A stretch of 63,413 nt of DNA, filler included, from Bigelowiella natans CCMP2755 (taxonomy: Eukaryota > Protista > Cercozoa), in NCBI GenBank assembly GCA_000320545.1. It is 6 parts of 6 records of this genome, joined end to end, with 100 filler letters (N's around TTAATTAATTAA, not from the genome) between each part and the next. Parts side by side here need not be neighbours in the genome. Positions count along the whole stretch, not along the records: positions 50,290 to 54,915 come from ADNK01002574.1; positions 55,016 to 56,454 come from ADNK01002092.1; positions 56,555 to 57,726 come from ADNK01000617.1; positions 57,827 to 63,413 come from ADNK01000261.1; 2 more parts are not named here. One strand, 5' to 3'. Shown here one piece after another: positions 50,290 through 63,413 of this stretch. Within the stretch, counting starts at the first letter, position 1. Every line of letters starts with the position of its first letter. A program made the position numbers and the translations under genes. The notes under the pieces are model-generated. The model did not search any database. It had not been told where the DNA came from and was given only the letters and a program-made list of their open reading frames with translations.

Positions 50290-51131
50290 AATGCTCATGA
50301 TCGTTTAGATGCTCTTTCGCCCTTGAATTAAAATATACCAACCTTATGTGTGCAACAAGGCAAGATATGGGGGAGGGGGTGAGGAGCCGACTTCTCTTGC
50401 TTCAGTTAAGATATAAAAGTTACTGCCTCGGTATAAGGGTCATGACATGTAATGATATTTATATATGCGACATGAAATATTTCAATTGGATTTACTTTTC
50501 AGAGAAATCCGGCGGAATTTCATACAGCGACATTTGCCTTCCAATGAGCCGTTTAAGCCCTCATCTGGCGACACATTTTCCCCATGTTTCATTAACACAA
50601 TTAATAGACCAAAAACTACTCTGAAAATATCTGAAGATATCGGAAAGTGCTCACACTAGGAAAAAAACGTTACGCTTACTATTCTCGTTAAAAAAATTAT
50701 TAGAAATTATTTTAACCCCAAAACATCTATATAGGACGAAAGTGCCTTCCTTATATTCTATGCGCGGCACCGGTATCTTCCCTCCCCCCGCCGGAAGTGG
50801 GAAAGAAGGTGACAGCTCCTTTCCGATATTTCACTTTATGGTGGCAATGAAGATAAATAATATTCTTATAAAGAACGCGAAGAGGATTGATGTTGTTTCG
50901 AGCCTTTTGCCTTCCACCTTGTAGTTATTGGAAAAAATTGAATTTTAATACGTTTTCGTATAAGTCGACGCTTTCACAACATGAGCATTTTGAAATCATT
51001 ATTTTGCCTCCTTGAGCTTACACATGGGGGGTGGGGCTAGAAGGCGTTCGGGGTAGATATTTTACATCGATGCTCGGCGTTGAGATCTTGGACGTATATC
51101 TTAACTTGGATCTGAAGGATGTGACACCGCG

Positions 51132-51169
<38 letters not shown>

Positions 51170-51460
51170 AGAGAGAGATCAGCCAACGAGAATTATAGTG
51201 ACGTTGGCAAAGATGCAACTGGGATTGAAGACGATGGGTATTCAGAGAGCCTTCGACACATGAGAAGAAGAAAGCCGCCGCCATTCTACTACGAACTGCC
51301 TATGGAGCTTGCCTACTACCGCAGGGGCGAGCAGCTTGATATACATCCTCTCTGACTTTTGCCACCCACTGAAATCCATTCCTACGCCGCCATGGGGGGG
51401 GGCGGGAGAGGGCAGGGATTTTGGAAAAAGAAGCGTGCAATTAACGTTTTCAACTCGTGT

Positions 51461-51509
<49 letters not shown>

Positions 51510-52049
51510 TGTGTGTTTGTGATAACCCAAGGGGCTCAACGCTTACCGATAACATAGCCATCAAATATGCGGCACTCCGCACGTGGTTTCCTCAATTCCG
51601 GAAAGAATAGCCGGTCCATAGCATGCTTGAACACCTTGATGATGAGCACCAACATCACCATCCCCATCCCCATCCCATCACATCCAGCTATTCATCACAG
51701 TCAGCGTCATCATCATCATCATCACCGTTGCCATCATTATAAACTCTCAACCATCATTTTTCTCTTAATGATAGGTCATCATCCTCTCTTAATGTAAACC
51801 TCGGAGCTACGTATTTAGTGATCTCCTTCGCTACTACTACTACCAATACTACTACTACTATTTACTACTGCTACTATCACTATCACTTCTACTTGTAGTA
51901 CTAGTACTAATACCGCACCAGTCCGCTTATGGATTTCTGCGTCTTCTTGCTCCGGGAGGCTGCCTTGATGATCTTCTCGCGTGCGCGTTTGTCTGCTTTT
52001 ACTGAGGAGCCTTGTTGTTTTTATGAAAAAAACATAAATAAGCAAGATA

Positions 52050-52096
<47 letters not shown>

Positions 52097-52388
52097 TTTA
52101 ATTTTCGAATCCACATCCCGCGACTAAAAATAGATGCGGAGGAGCGATTGCATGCAATGCTATTATATGACACACCGGGGAGCTCGCGTCCCAGAAGCCC
52201 TTCCTTCAGTTCTTTGTGCGAGAAACATCTGAGGAAAAGAGCATATAACCGCGTGTGCTTGTGGAGTCTACGGAGCACGTCGTAGCCATAAATATCCGCG
52301 CATACGGCATAGCGTTCGCAGTCTCCCTGTGGCCCGCATATATTATTACTCAAAAGTATTTTCACATATTGCAATAAGAACTGGGGGT

Positions 52389-53213
52389 TTAAAGGGCAAG
52401 CCTGACCCAATCAATTCGCGCATTGGCGAGGAAAAGCGCGCATAGACTTCCAGGCGGAGGGAGAAATGGCCTGCATTCGCACAGTAGTCGCTTCAGTGTA
52501 AGAAAATCAGAAAAGTGGGGTAGATGGTGGTGCATCAGGCTGGGAGGACTCTCACATAGTGTCTCGCCATGCCTTCGAGATGTCGGCGTACGCGTAATTA
52601 TGCTACGAATGAAAGCAGCGCTACTGTTCGCGGGAGATGTGCGTGCACAATACAGAAAGAAGCTCATAGTACGAACGGGATCGCCCTAGAGTGAGTAAGT
52701 GGGAGCACCACCTCCATGCTTGTTCCTTGCCTCAAATCTCGCTCCTTGATTAGCTAGGAAGAATAACGAATTGGATAGCGCCACTGCGTGTTGTGCGTAC
52801 GCTCACAAACAAAAGGTTTTTGGAGAATATAGCGATATAACCACTGGCCATGCAATAGCGGTATGATATCCTGTATGCCCTCCGTACGACACCTCCACCT
52901 CTTAGAACTCCCTGTCGCTTATTAAAAACCACAAAATACGCCCCCCCGCGCCCCCCCCCTTCCACATTTTCTCCACCTCTCTCATACTGCTGCTGCTACT
53001 ACTACTACTACTACTACTACTACCAAGTGACACCCATCATTTGAAACACCTTCCTCCTCTACCTAGCATAGCTTGCCGTTCAATCGAGGCCAAGACCGTC
53101 TTATGACTCTTGGCATCCTCATCAGCATCAGCACCCACTTTACCTTTGAGCACAGACAGCCCACAAACACATAAACACACAAACACACACGCGCGTGCGC
53201 ACACATACACGTA

Positions 53214-53255
<42 letters not shown>

Positions 53256-53690
53256 AAGTGTCAAATCTGAACGATGTGCTGGAATAGGTTCAACGCTGAC
53301 AAACAACGTTATTATATTCATGCCCAACGCGCTATCGAGCCTCTGGCACGCACATGTCCAAACAAGCAGTCAGCAAGAGGTGTGCATCGAAGGGAATCGA
53401 TTACAAAGGCGTTGGAGGCGGCCGAGGTAGTCGGAAAGAAACTCCTTCTTCGAGTCCTGAAGGGAGAAACACGACAGAAAGCTTCATTCAATCCCTCACA
53501 ATCATCATCATCATCATCATCATCATCAATACCGTCTTGCTCTGCAGTATTACTATAAGTGCAGCAGCAGACTGCTACTACAACAACTACTACTCACCCA
53601 CGCCCAGACGTCCTGGGGAAGTTTGTGCGCTCGGATAGTCTCTAGAATCGTCGCTGCCAGGGTGCGAATGCCGTCCTCACTCGGGCCTTC

Positions 53691-53739
<49 letters not shown>

Positions 53740-54483
53740 CTATCACTATTATCGATATCATCATCATCATTACCGCAGAGGGTCAGCCCATCCCCACAAT
53801 CAAACTACATCGAGCCACCTCCTCACCCCAGGCGTCGTAGCTCGTGCTATTGCACGCAGAGCGCAGCGCCGTTTCCACATTATGCATCCCACCCGCTCAC
53901 TAGCCCCTCCTTGTAGCTTTAATTATACACACACACACGCACACACTCACACTCACACACACACGCACCTTTTTGCGTTCTAAAGATGGCTTGGACGACG
54001 GAAGGGCCCGGGTTGTTGTTTCTCTGCCCCCCACCTTTGGCCAGGTCAGAGAGCAGCTTGCCGCCTTGTAATTGTTGTTGTTTCGATATTGTTTTTACCA
54101 TCAGTAATTCAGTATGAACGACGACGAGGAGGAGGAGGAGGAGGAGGAGAAGGAGGAGGACGAGGAAGAGGCACCAAGGGAGTAGTGTGTGATGGGATAG
54201 GGTGGTGCTATCATTGTTTTCGCAGTAGCGAATCTTAGGATTAGACGACGCTCTGTTATCGACGGAGCAATCACGGCCGCTTTTGGTTGCTGCGCATCGC
54301 ACAGAACGCACACTTGTCCGGGGCGGGGAGTGAGTAGTCGCTGCCAGCTACCTTCGGAGTTGCAGAGGAGCGAGATCTGCTCGTTGTAGCGCTCGGAATC
54401 AAGCCGCGTTCTGAAAGAGGAAGGTGGTTTCGACGAGTCCCGGCTTGATACATCAAACACACACACACAAACACAAATACACA

Positions 54484-54514
<31 letters not shown>

Positions 54515-54666
54515 CTACATATACACATATGCACATACACTGCCACCACCTGGGTTCCGTGAAGGCCAAAAAGCCTTTTTTATCGATGGATACCTGGTAA
54601 GAAAATAGCAGCAGAAATACCACATACCCTGATCAACAGCTGTGAATAGGGATCTCCTACCCAATT

Positions 54667-54710
<44 letters not shown>

Positions 54711-54820
54711 TGTGTGTGTGTGTGTGAAAAAATACTCCTGAAGATTCGCGTTGGTACTCGACGACGTGCCGCTCCTTGGCTATTTTCAGTCTGAGATTGC
54801 CCACTTCTCGCAGTAGACCT
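52389..54820 (-). CDS. Hypothetical multi-exon gene, 5' end cut by a gap
   Basis: Exon-like segments (GPSEDGIRTLAATILETIRAHKLPQDVW; SRDSSKPPSSFRTRLDSERYNEQ) between microsatellite introns. No family recognised. Confidence 0.35.
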
Positions 54821-54857
54821 ATGGTTTCCGTGTGCTTGTGTGTGTGTATATGTGTGT

Positions 54858-54915
<58 letters not shown>

Positions 54916-55015
54916 NNNNNNNNNNNNNNNNNNNNNNNNNNNNNNNNNNNNNNNNNNNNTTAATTAATTAANNNNNNNNNNNNNNNNNNNNNNNNNNNNN
55001 NNNNNNNNNNNNNNN
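54916..55015. other. Assembly spacer
   Basis: N44-TTAATTAATTAA-N44. Confidence 0.97.
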
Positions 55016-55384
55016 GACACGCTCCAGTCTAGTTTTCCCTTCTCGATCACTTCGAATTTAGTGCGCCCCTCCCCCCCCCCCCCCAAACGCCACAAGGGCT
55101 ACGAGCGCTACAAGCACCAGGATCTCAACCCAGTTACACTTTCTGATCGAGAAGGGAAAAATCCCACCCCAAAAACCCCGGAAAAGGGACCCCTCTCCCC
55201 TACTCTGAGCGCATCTATGCGCCTACAACAGGCTTTTATCGACACTTCCAAAATTTACCTCATCCATTTATTAGATAATTTTTTTTTTACCATTTTTCTC
55301 AAAATTTATAAATTTTATTTTATGTTTTTTACTTTTTACATTTTTTATTTTTACCCAGTTTATACTCTTTGTTGCACTCTCTCT

Positions 55385-55536
<152 letters not shown>

Positions 55537-55565
55537 ACAAATGTTTATATGTACTCATTGAATAC

Positions 55566-56177
55566 CTTCCAGTGAGAAGTCCCAAACATAGCGGGCTATA
55601 CGCAATCGTCGATACACCACATTCATCGTTAGCTTCCTTGCAGTCGTTTCTATGCATGGTTATAACAAAAACAATGGATTTCTCACATATGATGTAATGG
55701 TAGCAGCTTCAGTGAGAGAACCGTCGTGATAGTAGTGAATATTGAACTTGGTTGCTCGCTAGAGGAGTTCCCCTGCTGCTCAGATACCTGTACATTTTGA
55801 GAAAAATGCGACATCAATCTCTTCCTATGCACACCATTAACATCAAATGCATTTGTTGCTTTTATATATTTGTGCTGCTTTTTCATGGATCATCATCAAC
55901 ATCACATTGAAGCAGATATACTACATCTTCTACCATAAATTCCTGCTTTTGCACTCACCACCACCACCACCAGCAGCAGCACATAGTTGGATGTGGACCT
56001 TTGAATGCGTTTCATCGATTTTGGCCCATAATTGGACACCCCAACCTCTTTTACCACCTCCTTCTCATACATCTCGACAAGCCTATTAAAGGGGGGGGGG
56101 GTAGTAGGATGGGGAAGAGACCGGAGAACTTATGAGCAACCACTGGTATGTATCTTCACATATGTATTTATAGTAGT

Positions 56178-56223
<46 letters not shown>

Positions 56224-56450
56224 GATGGGTAGAGAGAAAGAGAGAACAAATCATATTCTTTTTAACATGTATATGAGCATCATATGGACATTTATGCAGA
56301 GTTGTAAGGTTCGTCTATAAGCTTCTTCATTCACTGATTGCTTTATTGGAACATTGTCTTCTTCTTCTTATTATAAAGGGACCATCCCACAAGGCTCTCT
56401 CTTGCCACGGAGCATAATTTGATACAGGCCCATGGAATTGCCCATGCTAA
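55566..56450 (-). CDS. Aldo-keto reductase, pyridoxal reductase PLR1-like (internal exons only, between gaps)
   Basis: SNYAPWQERALWDG, LVEMYEKEVVKEVGVSNYGPK, YLSSRGTPLASNQVQYSLLSR, GVSTIAYSPLCLGLLTG. Confidence 0.85.
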
Positions 56451-56454
56451 CGAC

Positions 56455-56554
56455 NNNNNNNNNNNNNNNNNNNNNNNNNNNNNNNNNNNNNNNNNNNNTT
56501 AATTAATTAANNNNNNNNNNNNNNNNNNNNNNNNNNNNNNNNNNNNNNNNNNNN
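56455..56554. other. Assembly spacer
   Basis: N44-TTAATTAATTAA-N44. Confidence 0.97.
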
Positions 56555-56689
56555 GGATCAGGAGATCAACAATTTAATCATAGTTCAGCAATGTTAGTGA
56601 AGCTATAGTGTGATAACGTATCCTCCTCCCTCATATTATCATCATCGCCAACATCGCCAACACCCATCATCTACACTGCAGACTGAATA

Positions 56690-57175
56690 CCCCTCAGAGC
56701 TGCCACGTCCGTCTGGAAAATGAGGACATGCTCGATGGAAGGAGCTAGCGTCTCCCAAAATTGACGCTACAAAAAACGGAGATCATACTCATTATCGATC
56801 AACAACCACCAACCCCCCTTAGAATAGCGGCGGGAATGTTAAAAACCACCACCTGCATCATGTAGAAACCATACGTGTTTTGGTTCAGCTTCTCAGGCTG
56901 CGAGCCGGATGGAAACGTGATCTTACAGGCAACATAAACGACGATGGTGACGACGACAAGGCGCATGGCGTGAGGGGAGGTGTGGGTAGATACAAGAGGG
57001 GAGGAAGAAGGGATTATTCTCAATAACAATCATCCACAGATAGTTTCTCATCATCGTTTGGTCATTTGTCACAGCGATTGCTGCTACCGGAGTGTAAACG
57101 ATATTTGACGTGCCGGTGTCCCCTATCGAGTTGGTGAGGAACTCTTTGTTCGTGGTACCGTAGAATATGTACCTA
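56690..57175 (-). CDS. Fragment resembling DUF5672-family proteins
   Basis: Exons YIFYGTTNKEFL..., LNQNTYGFYMMQ and RQFWETLAPSIEHVLIFQTD; family assignment rests on recall of the FW...EHVLIFQTD motif. Confidence 0.5.
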
Positions 57176-57279
57176 GGAATCAGCAGTTGATGATGATGTG
57201 AATTCATTTACTATTTTTAAGAGAATTTTGGCAATGATTCTGAGGAAGCTCAGTCTTGTCTTTAAACTTTGCTCCCCCC

Positions 57280-57338
<59 letters not shown>

Positions 57339-57726
57339 GTGTGTGTGTGTGTGTGTAATATAGTTTTTCTCAAAACTTACTCTTGATGCTGTAATACAAT
57401 ATTAACAGCAGCAACAACAAGAACGACAACAGCTCCCCCCCCTCCTCCTCCTCCACCTCTATATGTGGATAAATATCTGTATAGATATATATATATACAT
57501 CTATGGAGGCGAGGGTGATTGTGTTGCAAGGAGGAAAATCATAAGAACCACCAGACTCACGCGATGATGTCACGCGGGCAATAAAACGGGCGGACGGTGA
57601 TAATAGAGGTGGTGGTGCGAGAAGTGGGGTGACTCAGTGGAGCGAGATAGAGATGAGACTTCTACATATGACTACGCCCATTTTTAGAGAGCTCCGCACT
57701 GATTCATCAACTGCACAAAAAGCTGC

Positions 57727-57826
57727 NNNNNNNNNNNNNNNNNNNNNNNNNNNNNNNNNNNNNNNNNNNNTTAATTAATTAANNNNNNNNNNNNNNNNNN
57801 NNNNNNNNNNNNNNNNNNNNNNNNNN
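57727..57826. other. Assembly spacer
   Basis: N44-TTAATTAATTAA-N44. Confidence 0.97.
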
Positions 57827-58040
57827 GAGTATATCAAATAACCACAATACAAAACCAGATTCTTGCTCCGCCTGTCCCCATATTATTATCCCCACTTGTT
57901 GTCTTAGACAAACTGTTAGAGTGTATGGTGTGGAGGGGGGACATTCTTATCACTATGACCAACATCGTAATGTAAAAGCTGAATTTGGTGTGTGTTTTGT
58001 ATGTGTGTGTGTGTGTGCGTGTGTGTGCGCTGCCTCTTAC

Positions 58041-59144
58041 TTTTCCGAATAGTGCTGGTGTACAATGGCTTCAGGGGCCATCCAACACACCTAACGATAA
58101 CAACAACAACAACAACAACAACAACAATAGCGACAACAACAATAGTTAACAGCAACGAAGGAGGAGAATATGAAGCGATGATTCATCTGGCAGTCACACA
58201 CAGTATATGAATGCTAATCCTAACAAACCCCCCTTCCATACAGCTTGCAAATAGCACCCAGGCACCTCGCAACCAGGCACAACTGAGAACAACGCTAACG
58301 ACACATATGATATCTCTCTCTCTCCTTGCCGTGAATTTCATCCCAAGGACAGATAAGGGGAATTCGCATCAGCAGCGTCATCAATCGATGGTTTTGGTAG
58401 AAGTTACCGGCCCCACACTCGATTTAGTCGTATCAGCGGCTGCACTCGAGCTCTTTGAATACATGCTGCTTCGCATGCGTGACATGCCGAAATCCGACAC
58501 CTGGAAGGATAAATCAACCATCAGCACCATACCCTCGTCGCGTCTCTCCCGTGGAAAATGAATGATGGGGGAGAAAGCGCTAGCAGCTCTCCTGCTAGCA
58601 TGTTAATATAGGGCAATGAGCGATTGCGTTTTTGCTGTTGGGGGAATCTTTGCAATGCTCTTTCTCTATCTCCTCTCTCCCCCCCCCCCCCCCCCTCTCG
58701 GGCGAGCCGCCCCGGGGGTTTGGTGCTGATGGAAGATGGAGTTAAGATTATTGATGCAGCCTAATACTACAATCACTGCCTTGGCGCGCATGTTCTTATC
58801 GACGAGCAAGTTGCGAGCGGCAATATCTCTGTGGATGATCCTCTCAGCGTGGAGGTGCAGCACCTGAACATAAAAGACGGATTATTAGTGCCTTTCAGCT
58901 TCAAAGCAATACGCGCGACAACTACTCGGTATATGCATCATCAGCATCATCATCATTACAATCCGCTTTCAGCATTCACATCGTATATCGTTTAGAAGAC
59001 TTGACGATGAGACAACGACGATAATAACGACGTTTGTCTGGCTCCTCTCACCCCTGTCGCAGCATCCATCGCCCATTGCATGCGAAGGGAGAAACTGAGG
59101 TCTCGGCCCGAATATAGCAAACGGTCTACGGCACCTGATTATGG

Positions 59145-59178
<34 letters not shown>

Positions 59179-59184
59179 CAAACG

Positions 59185-59233
<49 letters not shown>

Positions 59234-60287
59234 GCACACACAAATGCGTTAAACCTATTAAACAGACCAGGATCACATACGCACTATTCCAATATATACG
59301 AGAAAAGCGTTCACAAACAGGGGAGGAGGGGGGGGGGGGGAGCGGAAGGAGGGCAGTACCAACAACGCCCTCTTCACTACCGATATATACACGTTCAGAA
59401 TAAGACCCAAATCCACGAAGAACAAACAAGGAAAGAGTGCGGCATGCGACATGCAGCTGATGAGATGACCTCCTGGAAGATACTCGGTAGCAATACAAAG
59501 CGGCTGCCCTGGTGTGGCGCATACCCCAAGGAAGCTGCAAGCCATAAGAGGACGAAGAGGAGAGTGAGGGGGGGGGGTGAGAGACACAATATATTTAGTA
59601 AGATCTCTTCTCTCCGCCCTTATTTATTTATTTATAATGATCTTGCATCATCAGCAACGCACCGAACGACACGAGGATGATTGCCCACTCTTTCCATCAT
59701 CTTAGCTTCAGAAAGAAACCTAATAAGCAAAGGATGAGTGCACCGCGACGGCGAAGATGACGTGCTAAGTAGCATCCAGACAGGTTAACAGAACGAATCT
59801 TCTACAGACAAGACTTCATCGTTTTGCTGCTACTCCTCTCCATACTGTGACTGCATTTGCAGCTCACATAAAATAACTTACTCTCGCAGCGAGTGAGGGG
59901 TGAGATGCTGCTGATGCATACGCTTAATGGCGACGGGACTGTTCCTCCAACTCGCCAGAAACACCACTCCGAAAGCCCCTGATGTATCGTATCATTAACG
60001 TCAGACGAAGGAAAACAAAATAATAGGAAAGAGAGTATCACTGAAGCGTGATCAACGACAACGACAACGGCAACTAAAACTACAAGGCGGGATATTCAAT
60101 TCATCATTTCCATGCGCAAAGAAATGAAGCGAAGAGGAAAAAAACCACGCAATCATATTAAGAGGGAAAAATGCCGCGCAAGTATATCATCACGCCCAAA
60201 AACTATTCATTTGATAAAAGCTCTGCTGGACGGCGCCTTCGCTCGATAACGAAATATCAATGTAGAGGATAAATTATATATTTTAAG

Positions 60288-60341
<54 letters not shown>

Positions 60342-60426
60342 CCACGGCCGATTTGGCGCTTGAACTCAAGTTCTCGGTACGGTATACGATGCACACCAAT
60401 AGCATCAAGTTTTCCTTTAAAGCAGT

Positions 60427-60460
<34 letters not shown>

Positions 60461-60546
60461 GTATAAGCAATGGAATAGCGAAGACAACGACAATGATGAT
60501 GACGAGAAGGGCGATGATGGTGAGATGAGGACGATGATAGTTTATA

Positions 60547-60583
<37 letters not shown>

Positions 60584-63413
60584 TTATATATATTATATTC
60601 GTATATATTGCTATTTTGATTCTTGACACGATTCGTACATGTTTTATGGCCTGACAACCCCACTCTATTGCGTAGTACTAGTACTAGTAGTACCTATCAT
60701 CGACGGTTTCCGTGTTTCTGCCCCACCCCCCCCTCCGCCGCCTTCGTCGTCCTCTATCGTGAGCGCAGATGGCATGATCCAGCTTGGAGAAGCAGTAGCA
60801 GCAGCAGCAGCATTACCCTTCGCAGCTCGATGATGGCGATGACGATGACGGTGTTGCTGCCCCCCCCTCCCTCGAAGTGGGACTGGTTGTAGCTCGCTCG
60901 AATAGTTTACGCATCTCTTTAATCAAGCGTAGGCGGTGGAGGCGGCGAGAGACGGATAGCTCCTCTTCCAAAAGCTTCTCCGTTGCATCCGTTTGACCCG
61001 ATGATGATGCATCGTTCATCATCTCCATCAGCAGCTCCCTGTGGACCATAGAGGGAGAAGGGGGGGAAAGGGGGGAGGGGGGGGGGGGGGGGGGGAGGAG
61101 AGGTTACTTGCCGTCAGGGTGCTACGGGGGCTGTCGCGAGGTTGAATGGGAAGTGTTGCTTCCAGGTCGCCAATGCATTCTCACTTCGCAGATCAACAAC
61201 GATTGTAGGCATGTGTGAGAGTGTACAACGAGCGACGACACGACGACGATGACGATGATGACGATATTGATGGCGTTATGGCGCATAATCACACACCCAT
61301 CAACAGCCCCGATCTCAAAGCTCTTTGAGTATTCTCCAAGCCTGCATGGAACGCATAGCAGCATACAATAAACGCATCAGCGCACCGGCACCACCTTTCC
61401 TATCATCGCCATCATCATCATCGTTCATATCAACTATCAACGAATCGATCACATCGGTGGAGGGGGTAGAGGGGGGGGGGGTGAGAAGCATTACTACCCA
61501 ATAGCCCTCAGCCAGACGCCTACTCTTTTCACGGTCCAAACGTACACGTCATCATTATCATCATCATCATCATCATCATCGTCCTTGTCATTCTTCAAGC
61601 TGCTCTCGATAGCTTCCTTGCCATGGCCATTATCGATGCTAATCGTCTCTTTTCCATCATCATCATCAGCAGCATCAGCATCAGCATCAGCATCATCATC
61701 AGCAGCAGCAGAATCCTTGCCTTCTTCTTCCCTCGTAGCGCGCCCCTGCCCATCATTGGTGGGAGCAGGATCATCGCGGCTGGCACTGAGTTCTGTGTTT
61801 CTTCTCGATATGGATGTTGTGTTGTCATCAGGCCTTGCTTCTCGCATGCCCTTCTTGGGAACAATCGTGTTGTCACTTTCACGGTCGCTAATCTCTAAAG
61901 TCACTTCCCTCTGAGCATCCGAGCTTCCCCCTCCGCCCTCCTCTGCTAGTTCAGCAGCTGTCTGCACCCCGCCTCCTCCTAACCCTCTGTTCTCCACTTC
62001 TTTACCTCTATCAAACTTGTCGGGACTTACAGCTTCGTGGCCATGTAATTGACTGCCCTGTTCCTTTTCTTCATCACCATTAAGATCTGCTTGCCGCTCA
62101 TCAAGTAGCAGCCTCTCTCTCGGATTCTGACGATGCTGCTGAAGCTCCTCCTTCCCTTGGTCCTGCTGCCGCTCATCTTCCCCACGCCGACGACGACGGC
62201 TCGTAGGCCTCTCCGCCTTCAGTTCCCCCCCTCCACCGTTCTGCTCCCCCCCTCGCCGCCGTCGCCTTGATGGCGACGAGGAGGGGGGGGGGCTGCGGGA
62301 TGATGAGTGCTCATCACTCTGCGGAGGAGAATCGTCACCCCTCTTTCTCACACCAGCAGAAGAGTTGACGATAGTTGTACTTTCTCGAGGAGAAGCATGG
62401 TTGGTTGGGTGCTCCCCGCTGGCGACTGAGATGAGATTTGTGGCCTTCACCGTTGTTGGGTCCTTCTTCAACGTCGAGTCGATTCCGGCCTCCTGGGTCG
62501 GGGAAGAGAGCAATGTAGAGATTTGGGCGACGACGTCGTTACCGCTGTCACCGCCCCCCTTCGAGTCCTGAGAGGGGGGGGGAGGGTGGGGTGTGAGAAG
62601 GAGAAGGAATAGGAAAGATCAACGTCTATACTCGCAAGACCTATACAACGAGCCGTGGTGATTGTATGAATTGTCTGCGTTGATTGACTATATACGGCTG
62701 TTGTATTGCTCATCACCCTGACACCCACCCTTCCTGGAATAGGTGACATGGTGATGGTGATGGTGATGGTGACGACGACGACGACGACGACGATGATGAT
62801 GATGATAACATACTTGCGAAACGTGCAGTTTCCATAGATCTAGTGCAGTCCTTCGATCGAGATCCTTCCGTTGAAATGAATAAGTTAAATGATGGTAGTA
62901 TAGCGGCAGCAGCATCCTCAGGTAGTATCAAGAAGGATTGATGAACCCAGACAAAACGTGTATCAAAAAGAATTTACAACCCCCCCCCCCCCCCCCCAAC
63001 CCCCCCCTTCAATTCGTGACTACTCTGACCGGGAAAAAAAACCGAACCTGAGCCAAGTTTTGACCGCGGATGATCCTTCCTTGGGGATGGGGAGGAGAAC
63101 GATATTCATGCCCAAGGAAAAGACCAAGAATGAGAAAAAGAAGAACCTGAAAAACGGGAAAGCTGGAGATTATTCTATGAAAATAACTGACGGAGAGGTC
63201 ATATTTATCTTTGACTTCATTACCCTTTTAAGAGATATGCGGGTGCAGGGGTGAAGATTAAAATCCCGTTTTTGGTTCTTCACACCACTTGCGGAAGGAG
63301 CCTCGCTGCATCGCTTTTCGGACGCAAAATTTTGCAATGCCACGATCAAATCCTCTCTCGACATCAGACTACCCTTCCTAATGTTGTTGCATAAGAAGAA
63401 AAAGTAGAAGAAG
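58041..63413 (-). CDS. SAM-domain tyrosine-kinase-like (TKL) protein kinase, partial at both ends
   Basis: SAM VYVWTVKRVGVWLRAIG-LGEYSKSFEIGAVDG-...HRLRLIKEMRKL; kinase LEFKRQIGRG, FLSEAKMM, CIATEYLPGG, IIHRDIAARNLLVD, VSDFGMSR, GPV-CWMAPE. Confidence 0.92.

Overview
Intron-rich, microsatellite-laden eukaryotic nuclear DNA with five 100-bp assembly spacers. Signal-plus-transit-like leaders on two organellar proteins suggest an alga with a secondary plastid, possibly a chlorarachniophyte (inference). Recognisable genes: EndoU RNase, an NLR-like SAM-CHAT-STAND-NB-ARC-TPR gene (frameshifted), an HGG-zinc-finger/Zn2Cys6 transcription factor, a class C GPCR, sterol methyl oxidase, ArfB/ICT1, an Och1-like GT32, GPC1, EngB, a PLR1-like aldo-keto reductase and a SAM-TKL kinase. 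The main result is a ~5.35-kb domain (~13130-18485) over the NLR-like gene in which TpA has been almost erased. I count about 30 TpA by hand, all flanked by G/C on both sides. The 132-bp TPR repeats show ancestral TA resolving independently to TG or CA (Tyr to His or Cys). This is a localized, double-stranded A-to-G hypermutation at TpA, the mirror image of fungal RIP. A second ~450-bp patch (33005-33460) has the same signature, and five convergent 3'-3' intergenic regions share a related TGCA/CATG/GCTAGC-rich composition. Multi-exon gene boundaries and all counts are manual and approximate.
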